Source of the DNA: Phoronis australis
Lineage: Eukaryota > Animalia > Phoronida
NCBI GenBank assembly: GCA_002633005.1
Contig: NMRA01001170.1
Span: forward strand, 1-43,753
Reading direction: 5' to 3'
DNA length: 43,753 nt
This document shows positions 1-12,619 of this stretch, in pieces. The notes beneath the pieces were generated by a model that saw only the letters and a list, made by a program, of their open reading frames with translations, was not told where the DNA came from and ran no database searches. Both the position numbers and the translations under genes were made by a program. The stretch's first letter is position 1; each line of letters opens with the position of its first letter.

Positions 1-110
1 AAATCTCGTACCAACAAAATGGCCGCCACTGAATTGATTAGAGAAGCTGAATGTTGAACTAGAGGACAAAATTTCTGTTCCATTTGCGAAGATTTGTCGC
101 CCCAAGTTTC

Positions 111-359
111 TCAATGTCTTGATGTTAAGGAACGCATCCCTGAATTTACGTGTTTATGCTGAGACAGATTGTTAATTTGTACTCCAGGGAAGAACATTGA
201 CACACAGACACTAAATCTACGGGTCAATTTGCAGAACGTATTGGTCACGTTCATTTCTTTTGCCTTCGTCCGCTTCGATGTTTGGCAACATGTTTCGAGT
301 GTAATTCTGTCTTCTTTCCTTATACGTTTCGCGACTAGTGTTGCAAGTCTTAATGCTAA
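111..359 (-). CDS. Candidate exon 2 (terminal) of the small secreted protein
   Basis: Acceptor TTTTAATCTTTGCAG| at 360 is phase 0, in frame with exon 1. It reads LALRLATLVAKRIRKEDRITLETCCQ...RH* and contains 4 Cys and dibasic KR/RR sites. No family recognised. Confidence 0.4.
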   Translation of the reverse strand, partial: LALRLATLVAKRIRKEDRITLETCCQTSKRTKAKEMNVTNTFCKLTRRFSVCVSMFFPGVQINNLSQHKHVNSGMRSLTSRH

Positions 360-782
360 CTGCAAAGATTAAAATATACATTTTGTAGCTGCACTTCTAC
401 TGTATGAAGGTCACGTGGTCCCCAATAATTTGCAACGTCAGTGCCAACGCGGAAGCGATATTGGGAAGAGCAATGATGGTGATCGGGGTGGGGCAAAAGG
501 TTGATTTCGTCAGAGTCTCCGCAATTTTTTTCTATATTACTAAGAGCGTGGTATGCTCTCTTTCGCTGACACTGAATTTGTTGTTTGATCAGAAAATGCC
601 AGAAGTTGTGTTAGAAACAAAATCCAATGTATATTTTCCCCGTTAAAAGACAAACAGATACGATTGCCTGCTCACTATTGACGGCTCAAATAAGCAATCA
701 CAATGCGAAATTCCTGTGAGATTTCCGTAAGCTTCAGTCACATTTTGTCATTAGAGAAGTTTGATCTCAGCGTTTGCCTTAC

Positions 783-917
783 CTTTTCCAAGTGTCCTGG
801 AGAGTTGTTATCAGTGTTGACATCACCTCTGCCATGTGGTAGGCCGATAGAGACATTGAGCAGCACTACTGTTACAAAAGCAACCTGGAACCACCGAACT
901 TGCGTAATTGTGTGCAT
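783..917 (-). CDS. Candidate exon 1 of a small secreted protein (signal peptide)
   Basis: ATG at 917 in AAAAG-ATG context. It translates to MHTITQVRWFQVAFVTVVLLNVSIG/LPHGRGDVNTDNNSPGHLEK, with a hydrophobic core and an S-x-G cleavage site. It ends at a strong phase-0 donor AAG|GTAAGG. Confidence 0.5.
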
Positions 918-984
918 CTTTTGAGATATGGTGCGCTAGGTGTTTTCGGTATGGTTAAATATACTTACAGCGTGTGTGACGTCA

Positions 985-1110
985 ATTCATTTAGGTGGAT
1001 CAAGCAGTCGATACTGATACATGCGATTCAGCACAAATTAACATGCAAATGTTTTCCTATAACCCCAGGTTGTCGTCAAGGTGACCCAATGCCGTCATAG
1101 TTATGTAGCA
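985..1110 (+). pseudogene. Tiny L1/Tx1-type reverse transcriptase remnant
   Basis: FRWIK...CFPITPGCRQGDPMPS resembles the RT motif RRWVK...ISRGCKQGDPLSP seen in the L1/Tx1 copy at 10293-11012. Confidence 0.5.
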
Positions 1111-2569
1111 TTCCTTCTAATTTCGATTCTGAATAAGGTGGAAGCAGGACTGTCAAGACACGTGAACTTTGATTTTTGTATTCCAACTTGAACTTAAATG
1201 TGCCATGTTCAATAAGTTGATCAGTTACCAAAATTACATTGGATACGCGGAAACTGGGAAAGATGCTGCTAATACACTGTACTTGGTAATACACTGCAGG
1301 CGGCCATTTTTGCTTAGGGCGCTCCACAGTAACTATAATTGGCGGGAGGAAGCAAGCTATTAGTTTGAAAATGATCGAAGAGCTGGTTGTAAATATTATT
1401 TTTCGAAACTTATGAAACACACAGAATAAGAAATAGGTCTGAAACAGCTGATCCACTTTTTAAACACAGTGAGCACCTAATCTATGTCCGTGTTGTTTGG
1501 GGAGGTTAAGTTTCATATTAATTGATCAAAAACAAGGCACAGCCAGTGAACCAAATGATAAATAAGTCGAAGCATTTCATTATTCTTTACGTACATGACA
1601 TCATGGCCACAAGCACGAATACCTGTTTGACGTAAACAGGAAAATCGGTTTATACTAAAGTAGTTGTTAATATGATTTAAAACCAAATCCTTGTCACAAT
1701 AAATCATAACCATTGTTAGATTTTAATTTGGTAGTATAATTTGTCATAACAGTCTTGTTTAATAGTTTTTAAACCCTTTCTAACTGTACTTTAGAGAACC
1801 TACGTGGCCGGAACTGCTCGTAGTACTAAAGCTTCTTGGCATTTTTATAAAAGTGCAAAATTTGTTTTAAAGTTTGATTTCAATGCAACAGCATTAATAT
1901 CATTTTGAGGAACCAATTTAACTTTGTGACCTAACCGTCTTATGCTGCATGTCGTCCTGTTTAGCCGACTAAAACATAAAAATTTGGCTGTCAACTTTCG
2001 TAAATCGGTTTCACAATATTCCTTACACTCATAAGACTCTACTCCATATAACAAGAACGTCGAAATCATCAGCGACTTAAGAAAACGCTTCACAGTTCGT
2101 TGAAGCTGGTCAATGCTAAAATGGCAAATTCGAAAATGGCGCATGTACATGTACATGTAAATGTAAGCATTTCCTGTGACGTGAGTTGATAACGGAAGTA
2201 GACTCGGACTTTACCTCGGGAAACCATAAAGATGCATCATTATGCCGCTTTAAGAGACTGAAAGGCCTAATTCGATTTGTCTGTTTTATAGCCAGTAATG
2301 CGAAATGCAGTTTTAAACCTATTTTAATTTTGTAGTAAATTCATCTAAACAAGCACGGGCGGAGCCCAGCTTTATAGTCCACATTGAGGTAACCATTCAA
2401 ACTGATATCGATGTAAGTTCATGTGAACTATCTTCTGCAGTGTACGATGACAATTCGTATTAAGGGGTCCCTGCTTTGTTATTGCTTTCTGAAAACGAGA
2501 TGGAACTGGTGAAAGATCTTATATGTTATAAATGCAGATCCCGCATAGACTGGATCAACGATCAAACCC

Positions 2570-3700
2570 GCACCATAGAAAATGTTGTAAATGTTAATGA
2601 CACTGTCAGAGTGGTCTCTGCTTTTGGTGTGAGCCTGACACCAAACAGCGAAAGACTGAATGGTCGCAGGTTTCGTTTTCGATTGAACAGGATCTCCTGT
2701 GATTTTCTGGCATTGAGTTTAATACGCTAAATTGAGCACCAGTCCTCCACTTTTCATAGTCTCTTGTTTGTCACCTGTTCAGAGCCCAAGATCGTCGGGT
2801 ACCCGGGATACCTGAACTTTGTCTCTTGGGAGGTCGTCGACATATATCAGGAATAGTTACGGAGTGATGACAAACCCCTGGGGAGCGCAGGCTCTCAATT
2901 CCACAGGTTGTGAAATTGACTGTAGGCCTACTTGTCTAACCGAGATACATCTGTCTCTCAGAAAGATGACTAAAGTTTGATCATTTTTCTCTGGTAGACC
3001 AATATTTGAGAGTTTGTCTCGCAGGCCGCCATGCCATACGGAGTCTTCTGAAATCGGCCTATGGGGATGTTCGGTTCCTTCACGTTTTTTTTATCTATAT
3101 CTTCTCTGCCAGCAGTTAAAGAAGCCGTAAGAGTGATTCTTGTGGATGCGCCTATGCATGACATCAGACTTATTGGGCGGTAAGCCTAGTGGGCCGGGTC
3201 AGAGTGGTCTGTGTCTGGTTTGGGTATCATGACACCCAGTGTGCATTTCCACACTTTGGGAAAGTGAGTGATAACAAAACACACCTGTTGAAGACTTCGG
3301 CTAATTTCTCGGGGAGAGATAACGGACAAAACGTTGTAGAATATGGGATGACTGCCTGTTGTATTTCTTGCATTTAAAGAGTGAGTGGTTGTATATGTAT
3401 AACCTCAGTCGGGGTTATTTCAACAAGCATTTCGTGATCATCACCGCATCCCTGAGTGGTTGTGTAGAGGGTATTCAACATGTTTGCTTTTCGGAGCACT
3501 GTGTTGTCTTGGAGGCGTTTTGTCACTTTGCAAACTGAAGATCTGGCTCTCGTGTATTTGTATGTGTTCTCTCTAGGATTTGGCAAATATCGCAGTGGCC
3601 TTGTCTGGGTCGGAACAAGCAGTTCTGTTGCCGTATATCAGTCAACTGACAATCGGCTAGAATACGCAAGTAAGGTTTTGAGCATTCTTGCGAAATACTC
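2570..3700 (-). mobile_element. Heavily decayed non-LTR retrotransposon RT (Jockey/I group)
   Basis: Collinear RT motifs across frameshifts and stops on the minus strand: DKATAIFAKS, EITPTEV, LAEVFNRC..HFPKVWK..MIPKPDTDHSDP..YRPISLMSCIG, SVWHGGLRDKLSNIGLP..SSFLRDR, PQG..LFLIYVDDLP..DDLGL, EDWC..RIKLNARKSQEILFNRKR. Boundaries are approximate. Confidence 0.8.
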
Positions 3701-5685
3701 GCCCTTACATGCGTGACTTTACAATGTCTTGCGTGACGTTGATTTTGGCTAGATTCTTTGCCTACGGAACGCATCATTGATATGCCTGGATAAGTGAAAT
3801 ATAAAATGCCAGGCGAATCTGACGGATATAGTTTTGAGCTGTCAGTAAACAAGGCATTAGGTGCTAATAAAGAAATAATGCATTTCGAAGCCTGATGATA
3901 GGATCTCGATTCTGATATTTAAATGCTGAAAACAATCCGATTTTATTCGAAGCTGACTAATAATCACAGCAGACAGTTTTAATACTTAGTCTTTCAAAGA
4001 CGTGCTTGTAAATTGCCTGTTTTAATTAGATCTTCCTTTAAACAAAATTAAACCACAAAGCCTTGTCAACATGTTGTTCATTCGTACAATGTATCCTATT
4101 GCCGCGTTGTATTCTGTGTCATATGGTGAAGCTGTGATGAATGGACTACACTCACTTCCAAAGAAAACACATGTCTTGTCATTTCTCACACGTAACCAAA
4201 AATGGTCATTTCATTGTAATTTGTTAGTACAACGGGTCAGAATCTCATTATTGTGGTAAATTAATTTTATAGGCTGTCACGTGAATTGTACGAAACTTTT
4301 CCCCACCTATTAAAGCGTTGAAATGTCAACCAGGCGCCAATGTGTCTTAAGATCATTTTCCTCACCCCTCCACCTAAATGTCATCTCGATTCATTCCCAC
4401 AACCCCGTCGCTACCGAGTTTTCCAAAAATTAATGCCGTTTGAATGGACAATTTTAGTTGTCGATTCAATTGGCCAATCGTTACAACATATGTCAAGTAT
4501 ACACCTACACAGTCTTTGCAGTCAAAGATGCTTTTGTTACATTTTTGTTACATGCTTAGTACCTTAAGTGGCGTTTCTTTGATTGAAACGTTAAACAAAA
4601 GTCGCATCGATAATTGAGGTATCAACTGTACGAAATTGCAGTTGATCTACGTTATTTCCAGTGACCACCTGAAAAGTCTCGGCGACAAAATGACAACCTC
4701 AAGAACATTGTCCTCGTGGCGAGGGCTATTGGGCTGTGAAACGAAGATTCAGTGTAAGTTGTAAAACGAAAAGTACGAATTAAAAACAATTTCATCACAG
4801 GGACTCAAACATCGCAAACCTGCGATTGTAGATTCCTGACCCATCCTGTCACCCACTAGAGGTCACCTGCAGGCTTGTATATGTAGCTTTCAAAACATCA
4901 CAAAAATTAAAATAACAATATATTTAATGTCACATACAACCTACAACTACAGACTCAACTGTTCCGAAAAGTCCCATAGCCCGTTTTTGTGATTTCTCAT
5001 GGAAATTCTCATGCGTGGCTTCCACAAGGACACTAAAACTTTTAACCGATGCCAACTTCGCAATAAAGCGAATACCTCCGGAAAGTAGGCCTACCCCATA
5101 ACTAATAACTGAAAGTGGATACGTCAATGATTTTATTGATGAATAATGGAACGAACGCCGGCTTGATTGTCAGAGTATTTATTAGAGTTAGAAGGATTAG
5201 GGCATCGACGAACTCTATAGATGATATTTTAATCTCAAAATATCAATATTGCTATACGTTGGTGATGTGGTCGATAAATACCTTTCTCACATGACCTGGG
5301 ATGTGTTACGACAAAACTGGTTAATAACACCAAGTGCATGATTTTTCGATATCACATGGGCGAATCACACAGTGGTGCAAAGTAGACATCCATACGCCTT
5401 ACATTTTATCGTCTGCAAAACACTAAAACAACCAAACGCACGGCAACCAAACAATGCCGGAATTTCCGTGAAAGTGACAAAGCTATGATTGACTAATACG
5501 TTGTCGCAACTGTACGTACTCCCAGTCGGAAGGACATGCAGACAACGTCTTAAACGGACCCATCTTTGGCGGCGAATTCCATATCCACGTTCATTCTAAC
5601 GGAGACAAGCCCCAACTCAAGAAACGCGGTGAGACTTTAGCTGTGCTGTCTCAAGGTCAATTCAGTACTCACGCGCGGGGAAGAA

Positions 5686-6906
5686 TTACTCTGCGTGCGT
5701 AAGCGCAGAGTACTGTTGTTCCTGGGTTTCCTTCAATTTTATTCTTATTCTTATTCTTCTTATTCTTCTTCCGACCAACTTTGAGGCTTAATAACTCCAA
5801 ATTGGGTGCAGGTACGGTCTTTAAATTCAGCATATGACTTCTGACAGCATATAAATTTTGATTCCTTATTGCACCGGAAGAGGTCGTTTGGCGCAAAGGT
5901 CATATAATTTTCAAACTGCTACTCCTCCTCCAGTTTTAAAGCTATCTTTTTCAAATTTGGTGCACAGGTATAAGTCAAAATGACAATTTAAAAAAAAATA
6001 CTTTTCTAAGTAATCGGGTCATCCAATCAGGTGAAATAGGTTAAAGGTCAGTAGGTGCAAACTAAAATTTTGAGCTAGACACTTCAAATGTGACAGGTCT
6101 GATTGCCAGAGGTAAATCAAATCGGAATCTAAAGTTTCAGGTCATTTAGTGCAAACATGGGGTCATTAAAGCATTTTTCTTCTGAAATTTGACCTTTTCA
6201 ATCAGCAAGTATTCTGATGTGTCAACCGTTAGACAACTGTGATTCTCAGCGTTAAACACATTTTCCATGGGCTTTGCAATAATTCTAAAGATGCTTAAAA
6301 TGCACCGGATTAGGTCAATTAGTGCAAAGGTCATGTAACGTTCAAAATGTTATGTCTTACGTTTTTTAAGGAATTCTTTTCAATTTCATCACACTGGTGT
6401 AAGTCAACATGCCATTTGAATACCCTACTTTACTTTGCAATAGGCCTAACCAATCAGAAAAAATAGGTCATTGAGTGCAAACTAAAATTTTGAGCTAGAG
6501 ACTTCAAAATTACGTATCTGTTTACTAAGTGCAATTGAGTTTGAATTCTAAATTTTCAGGCCATTTGGTGCACCCATGGGGTCATTAGGTGCATTTTTCT
6601 TCTGAAAGTTTGACCACTTCATTCATCTTGTATTCTGAAGTGTTTAAAGTAAAACATCTGTTATTATTAGCATTAACCACACTTTTAATCGAGTTAACAA
6701 TTACTCCCTCATCGGGGCTCATAATGCACCGGAAGAGCTCAATTAGTGGAAAGGTCATCAAAAAATTAATATGTAATTTCTCATACAATTTTAAAGAATT
6801 CCTTTTCATATTGGTGAACGGGTTGCTGTCAGTAGCTTCCCAATAATTCCAGTAATACGCACACGCAGAGTCCGTTATTGTCACGCCGTGCCAATAATTT
6901 TTCTAG
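5686..6906 (+). mobile_element. Non-autonomous Helentron (HINE/DINE-1-like), full monomer
   Basis: 5' hairpin ACTCTGCG-tgcgtaag-CGCAGAGT, (TTCTTA)n microsatellite, internal repeat of about 428-bp period (GCACCGGA..GGTCA at about 5871, 6302, 6726), 3' subterminal CGCAGAGT, stem-loop ATTGTCACG-C-CGTG(A/C)CAAT and terminal CTAG. Confidence 0.8.
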
Positions 6907-8105
6907 TTCTTATTCTTCTTATTCTTCTTATTCTTATTCTTCTTCCGACCAACTTTGAGGCTTAATAACTCCAAATTGGGTGCAGGGAAGGTCTTTAAAT
7001 TCAGCATATGACTTTTGACAGTATACAAATTTTGATTGGTTACATAATCACATTCCGTATTGCACTGGAAGAGGTCGTTTGGTGCAAAGGTCATATAACT
7101 TTCAAAATGCTACTCCTCCTTCAGTTTTAAAGCTATCATTTTCAAATTCGGTGCACAGGTATAAGTCAAAACAACAATTTCAAAAATTACTTTTCTAAGA
7201 AATCGGGTCATCCAATCAGGTGAAATAGGTCAAAGGTCATTAAGTACAAACTAAAATTTTGAGCTAGACACTTCAAATTCACATTTCTGATTGGCACTGG
7301 TAATTCAATTCCGAATCCAAAGTTTCAGGTCATTTAGTGCAAACATGGGGTCTTAGGTGCATTTTTCTTCTGAAAATTTGACCTTTTCAATCAGCAAATA
7401 TTCTGATGTGTCAACCGTTAGACAACTGTGATTCTCAGCATGAAACATATTTTTCGTGGGCTTTGCAATGATTCTCCTAAAGACGCTTATAATGCACCGG
7501 ATAGGGTCAATTAGTGCAAAGGTTATTTAACGTTCAAAATGTTATATCTTTCGTTCTTCAATGAATTCTTTTCAATTTCAGCACACTGGTGTAAGTCAAC
7601 ACGCCAATTGAATACCCTACTTTTCTTTGCAATAGGCCTAACCAATCGGAAAACAGGTCAAAGGTCATTGAGTGCAAACTACAATTTTGAGCTAGACACT
7701 TCAAAATTACATATCTGTTTACTAAGTGCGATTGAGTTTAAATTCTAAATTTTCGGGTAATTTGGTGCACCCATGGGGTCATTAGGTGCATTTTTCTTCT
7801 GAAAGTTGGACCGATTCATTCATCTTGTATTCTGAAGTGCTTAAAGTAAAACATCTGTGATTTTTAGCATTAACCACACTTTTAATCGAGTTAACAATTA
7901 TTCCCTCATCGGAGCTCATAATGCACCGGAAGAGGTCAATTAGTGAAAAGGTCATCAAAATATTAATATGTAATTTCTCCTACAATTTTGAAGAATTCCT
8001 TTTCATATTGGCAAACTGGTTGCTGTCAGTGACTTCCCATAATAATTTCAGTAATGCGAACGCGCAGAGTCCATTATTGTCCTGCCGTGACAATAATCTT
8101 TCTAG
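6907..8105 (+). mobile_element. HINE monomer 2, head-to-tail with the previous copy and lacking the 5' hairpin
   Basis: Starts in the microsatellite directly after CTAG. Same body, and ends ...CCGTGACAATAATCTTTCTAG at 8105. Confidence 0.8.
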
Positions 8106-8754
8106 TTGATGACTGTTATTTTTAACATTTATTACTTTTTAACATCACAACTTCAAAGACCGTTTATAAGATTCTATCTTGAATGTTGTTCCTAAAGCTG
8201 AATGCAATTTACAATTGTTAAGCTTAAAATAAAACTATAAACAAAAGTTGCTGAGTTTTCTTTACATTGCGCAAACGTGTTTTTACAAAAGTGGCGTCAT
8301 GTGGTTAAAAGTTTTAGACACGTCGAGTTTTTCGGCAAAAATAATCTTTTTACGGCTAATGTGAGAAAACAAATCCTACGAGTCTCAGGTTTACGACATG
8401 GGCAAAACCTCTTGGTAGATAAAGAGAAAAGCTCACCGAAAGGCGGGAGCGCCTTTACCACAAGGCCTACCGGACACTTTTCCGTGGAACTTGCTATGAC
8501 ACACTAGTGAGACACATTGCCCAAGAGGAACATGNTCTTATAATCAGGGGTATACGCTTAACTCTAGTCTAACTGTATGATTCTTGTTGTCAGAAGAAGC
8601 AAGTGCTCAAAGTTTACCACAGCAAGTAATGCCGACACACAATGGAACTTTTTGTAGTTCTGCATTTGAATTAGGGCTAAAGCATCACAGGAAGTAATGC
8701 ACGCTCACATACAACGCAATCGATACAGAGGGGGTGACGGTGGGGTATTTTTAG

Positions 8755-11490
8755 GTATTTATTATCATTTACAAACAATTACAAAAATTTTAAACAAACA
8801 AACAAACAAAAAAATAAGTACACCATTCATTCAAGAATGCAAACCTCAAAAAGACCATTCTCCTATCTCTGTTATATACAAAGTTTTTATATGCAATTAA
8901 TTTTTCAGTTTTATAGTACTCATTAGTATATGAAATGAACTTGTGAAGATTAGGTATATTTTTGTGACATCTCTCCTTGTAAGTGTACTGTTTAGATAAT
9001 AGAAGCAAAATGTGAAATAGAAAATCATGCGTCTTGTAAAGTCCAAGAATAACACTTTCGTAAGACAGACAGTTGGGAAGCTGAATGCGACACTTTTGAA
9101 GTAGCTTTCCGAATTCCTTCCAGAAATCTTGTACAAAGCTACATTCCCAAAAAAGGTGTGACAGCGTCTCTGGAGCTTTATTACAAAAGGAACATAAATC
9201 AGAATCCCTAACACATATTTTGACTAAAAAGGTATTTGTTGCAATTAACTGTGTAGTATTCTAAATTGGAACCATCTAATATGTGGATCCTTTGTAATTT
9301 TGTAAGGTAGAGCATATATTTTCTTCCAATCTAAACTATCTCCTAGGTCTATTTCTCATTTACACTCTGTCTTAGGTTTCTTAACGTCATTAAAGACTGA
9401 ACAAACATGTCTACAACCCTCCAAATCTTTCCGTAAGTGAGTAATTGCTAAAGGTATGCAAGGAGAGTAGACATTACTTTGAAATAGACTATTTCGAAAC
9501 CTTCTTAGAACAGAAACAACACCATTATATTCTGTAAAGTTGGTTTTCACATCGAACCTATTTTTCATATTGTTTAAACTAACAAAATCACCATCAGAGG
9601 TATACATATCTCTAATAAATCTTAAGCCTTTTACAAACCAAGACTTGTAAAAACACCTATGCCTCCGATCGCCAAGTTTCTATTAAAGCACAAAAGTTGA
9701 TTCAAAAAGTCCTCGAAACAATAATTATCTTCTTGTAGAAAGATGACATACTTCTAAATACGTCGCGCCAGTAGGAATTACCAATTAGAGTTAACTTCGA
9801 CTTAATAATGTCATCTCCAAATGAAGCAAAATTCTTTAAGAACGGGTAGAGTGAGTACACTAATTTACCTCTTTTAGACGCCTGGCTTTCAAGATATCTA
9901 CGGGCCATAACGAGTTTTAAAGCTTTGCAGAAAGTATGCACATTAACCATTTGAATTCCCCCTTGATCAAGTCCTAAACAGGCCTTAGTTTGTTTAATTT
10001 TATCATTACGTACCTGCCACACAAATCTAAAAAATGTCGTATTCAATTCACCCAAGACTTTTACTGGTGAATTTGGTAAACTTGACAACAAAATAAGTTT
10101 AAAAATAGCTAATGTCTTAATTACCGTTACTCTACCAAACGGCATTAAACTTCGTCTACTCCAACTTTTTAGTAAAGACTTGATCTCAGTTATTCTTGCA
10201 GTGAAGTTCTTATTCGTCATACTATCCAATTGAGTGTCAAAATCCACCCCCAAAAATCCAATCTGTCCAAGTCAGACTTTCTTTTAAAAGAATCACGTCA
10301 TCACTACCAGTTTTACTTCCAAACATATGGCTTTTGTTTTATTCACACTCACTTGGAGACCGGAGACACTAGCAAACAAATGTAGTACATTCAGTGTGGT
10401 AGTCAATGACAAATTCGACCCATCCAACGTAATTGATATGTCGTCAGCATATTGCGAAATCAAATATTCCTTATTCCCAGCAACTACACCAGCAATATTT
10501 TTATTATTCTTGATTAAATACGCCAAATTCTCCGCACACAATATAAAAATGTAGGGAGACAAAGGGTCACCTTGTTTGCAGCCACGCGAAATATTGTACC
10601 AAGAAGATGGGTGACCATTTACGACAACACAGGACTTAATATTACTGCAAAAGACTTTCACCCACCTTCTGATCGACCAACCAAAATTAAGGAAAGATAA
10701 AGTTTTTTGAATAAAATTCCACGACAATGAATCAAATGCTTTCTCAAAATCAATCAGTAAAAGCAATCCAGGTTTGTTAGCTGCCTGGGCATAAAACATT
10801 AAATCATATAGCACTCGGATATTTTCGTTCATATTTCTTCCAGAAACGAAACATGTCTGGTCCTTACTGATTACGTTTCCCAAAACGGATTTTAACCTTT
10901 CAGCCACTGCCAAAGAAGCCAATTTATATGTCACATTGAGTAAGGATATGGGTCTCCAGTTTTTCAAGTAATGTTTACTTTTATCTGCTCCCTTAGGAAT
11001 GCAGGTGATCACTCCATCTTTCTGTATTGAGGATATTTGGGCATCATCAAAACCAGTATTAAGTGAGCGAACAACGAAATGTCAAATGTCAGCCCAAAAA
11101 TTCCACTGAAAAACCATCAAAGCCTGGGCTCTTGTTATTTTCCATTTTTTCAAAAATTGTGTAACTTCTTCATATGTAAGAAGACCTTGTTTTTCTTTTT
11201 CTGTCTCATTCAGTTTGGAGACACAAACATTATCAAGAAGAGTTTCTAAAGAAGTATTGTTAGACTGTATATATTAGTATAGATTTTCATAAAAAGTTTT
11301 AGTTTCCTGAATAACCTCTTCTTCACTATTGGTTTTAGTATTGTCAGATTTCCACAAAAAGGCATATACTTAATGGTGTAAGGCCTATTTTCCAAGTGAA
11401 GAAAATATTTGGAAGGCTTTTTACCTTCTTCAATACATCTTGCTCTCGACCTAGTCATAAGACCTCTTAACTTATTTTGCCTTAGGGTAG
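8755..11490 (-). mobile_element. 5'-truncated, frameshifted L1/Tx1-clade LINE (ORF2: linker, RT, zf-RVT, 3' UTR)
   Basis: KLRGLMTRSRAR..EGKKPSKYFLHLEN; NWRPISLLNVTYK, IDFEKAFDSL, RGCKQGDPLSPYIF, QYADD (ORF 10293-11012); WSRRSLMPFGRVTVIKT (9702-10253); C-terminal LCSFCNKAPETLSHLFWEC at about 9140-9200. Minus-strand AATAAA lies near 8758-8763. Confidence 0.92.
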
Positions 11491-12619
11491 GTTTGTCAAG
11501 GTAAGCAGATCGACGAGGGACACAATTGAAAGTTTGGGGATGTGGTGGTTGATTAGATGGCACCCTCTCACGTTGCCATACGTGCTTGAGAAAGTCTACT
11601 CGATGCTGATGATCGACATGATCCGAAGGATAGAGGAAGAGGCAAAGATTTCTCCACATTCCGACAACGTCTAGCCTTGTCACTTTCTAAGCGTTTTGGT
11701 CTCTCCATCTGTCACATAATGTTAGACCGCGAGCTGGCTATTTAGCAGTTATCAAGTAAACTGAAAGGCGGTGCTTTTAATTTTGTCCCATTGACTCGTT
11801 AACGCGTAATTGCCAAGTACATTTGCAAGCGAACTAAATTGTCTCAGTTGTTGTGTTTCTACATTCGCGACTAAGCGAAAGTGCACATTGATTAAAATTC
11901 AATACTCATTAGCTAGGATTAGCTCTAATATCCACAAGCTGTTTCATTGGAGGCATGACGATTAGAGCCAGTATACGTACCACATTCCTGCTGAGACCAG
12001 TTGATGGTGTTTTACCTTCTGTATGTCGGTGGGAGCTTACCGAAGATCTGAACTAAGTGGTGGAAACGGTACACTTGCCCATGTTTTGTCAGGCTACAAG
12101 ATTGCTCTGTAGCAAGGCAGCAACATGTAGTGGCAAGAGTCAATAAACGGGAACGCTTGGCTAATTACAATGTTCTAGGAACACGACACCACCATTGTTA
12201 AATTTGAAGTATCAATATAATTACTTGAATGAACTAGTTCCAAAAATATAAAAATCAGTTTTGTCGTTCGTCTTATTGTAAGTTTTGAACGAATAACTCA
12301 CTTGGGTGAGAAAATAGCCGGACTCCCTTGCCGGTGACTGTTGAAGCTGTTCCTTCTTCAAAGGGAATTCCACCATTTTGCAGTGGCTTAAAATTACAAA
12401 ATGTTGGTTGTCTAATAAACTAATATCCTATTTTAATATGAGAATGCCAAAAGAAAGTCAGAGCTATTGTTTTCAATATCTCTAAGAACTTTTTCAAGTG
12501 TTGCTTCCAAACACTGAAGACAGGCGAAAAGTACTTTCCATTAAGGTGAAAAACATTTGCCATCCAGGAGAAAAGTAACTTTCCAACCGAGTGAAAGAAG
12601 GCGCTACATGTATGGCTAG

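Noticed and set aside
6585-6884. Recurrent similar ORFs in HINE copies (also 13893-14186, 38898-39248, 40079-40432) resembling a small gene family
   Set aside because: They are chance translations of the same non-coding repeat on both strands, with inconsistent starts, stops and frames between copies.
8425-8480. tRNA/SINE-like head on the minus strand (GGCCTTGTGGTAAAGGCGCTC)
   Set aside because: Only an A-box-like half is present, with no B box or cloverleaf.
11246-11683. 145-aa ORF as a LINE fusion protein
   Set aside because: It is a chance read-through across the 5' truncation point. The LINE part frameshifts soon after and the upstream part has no recognisable domain.
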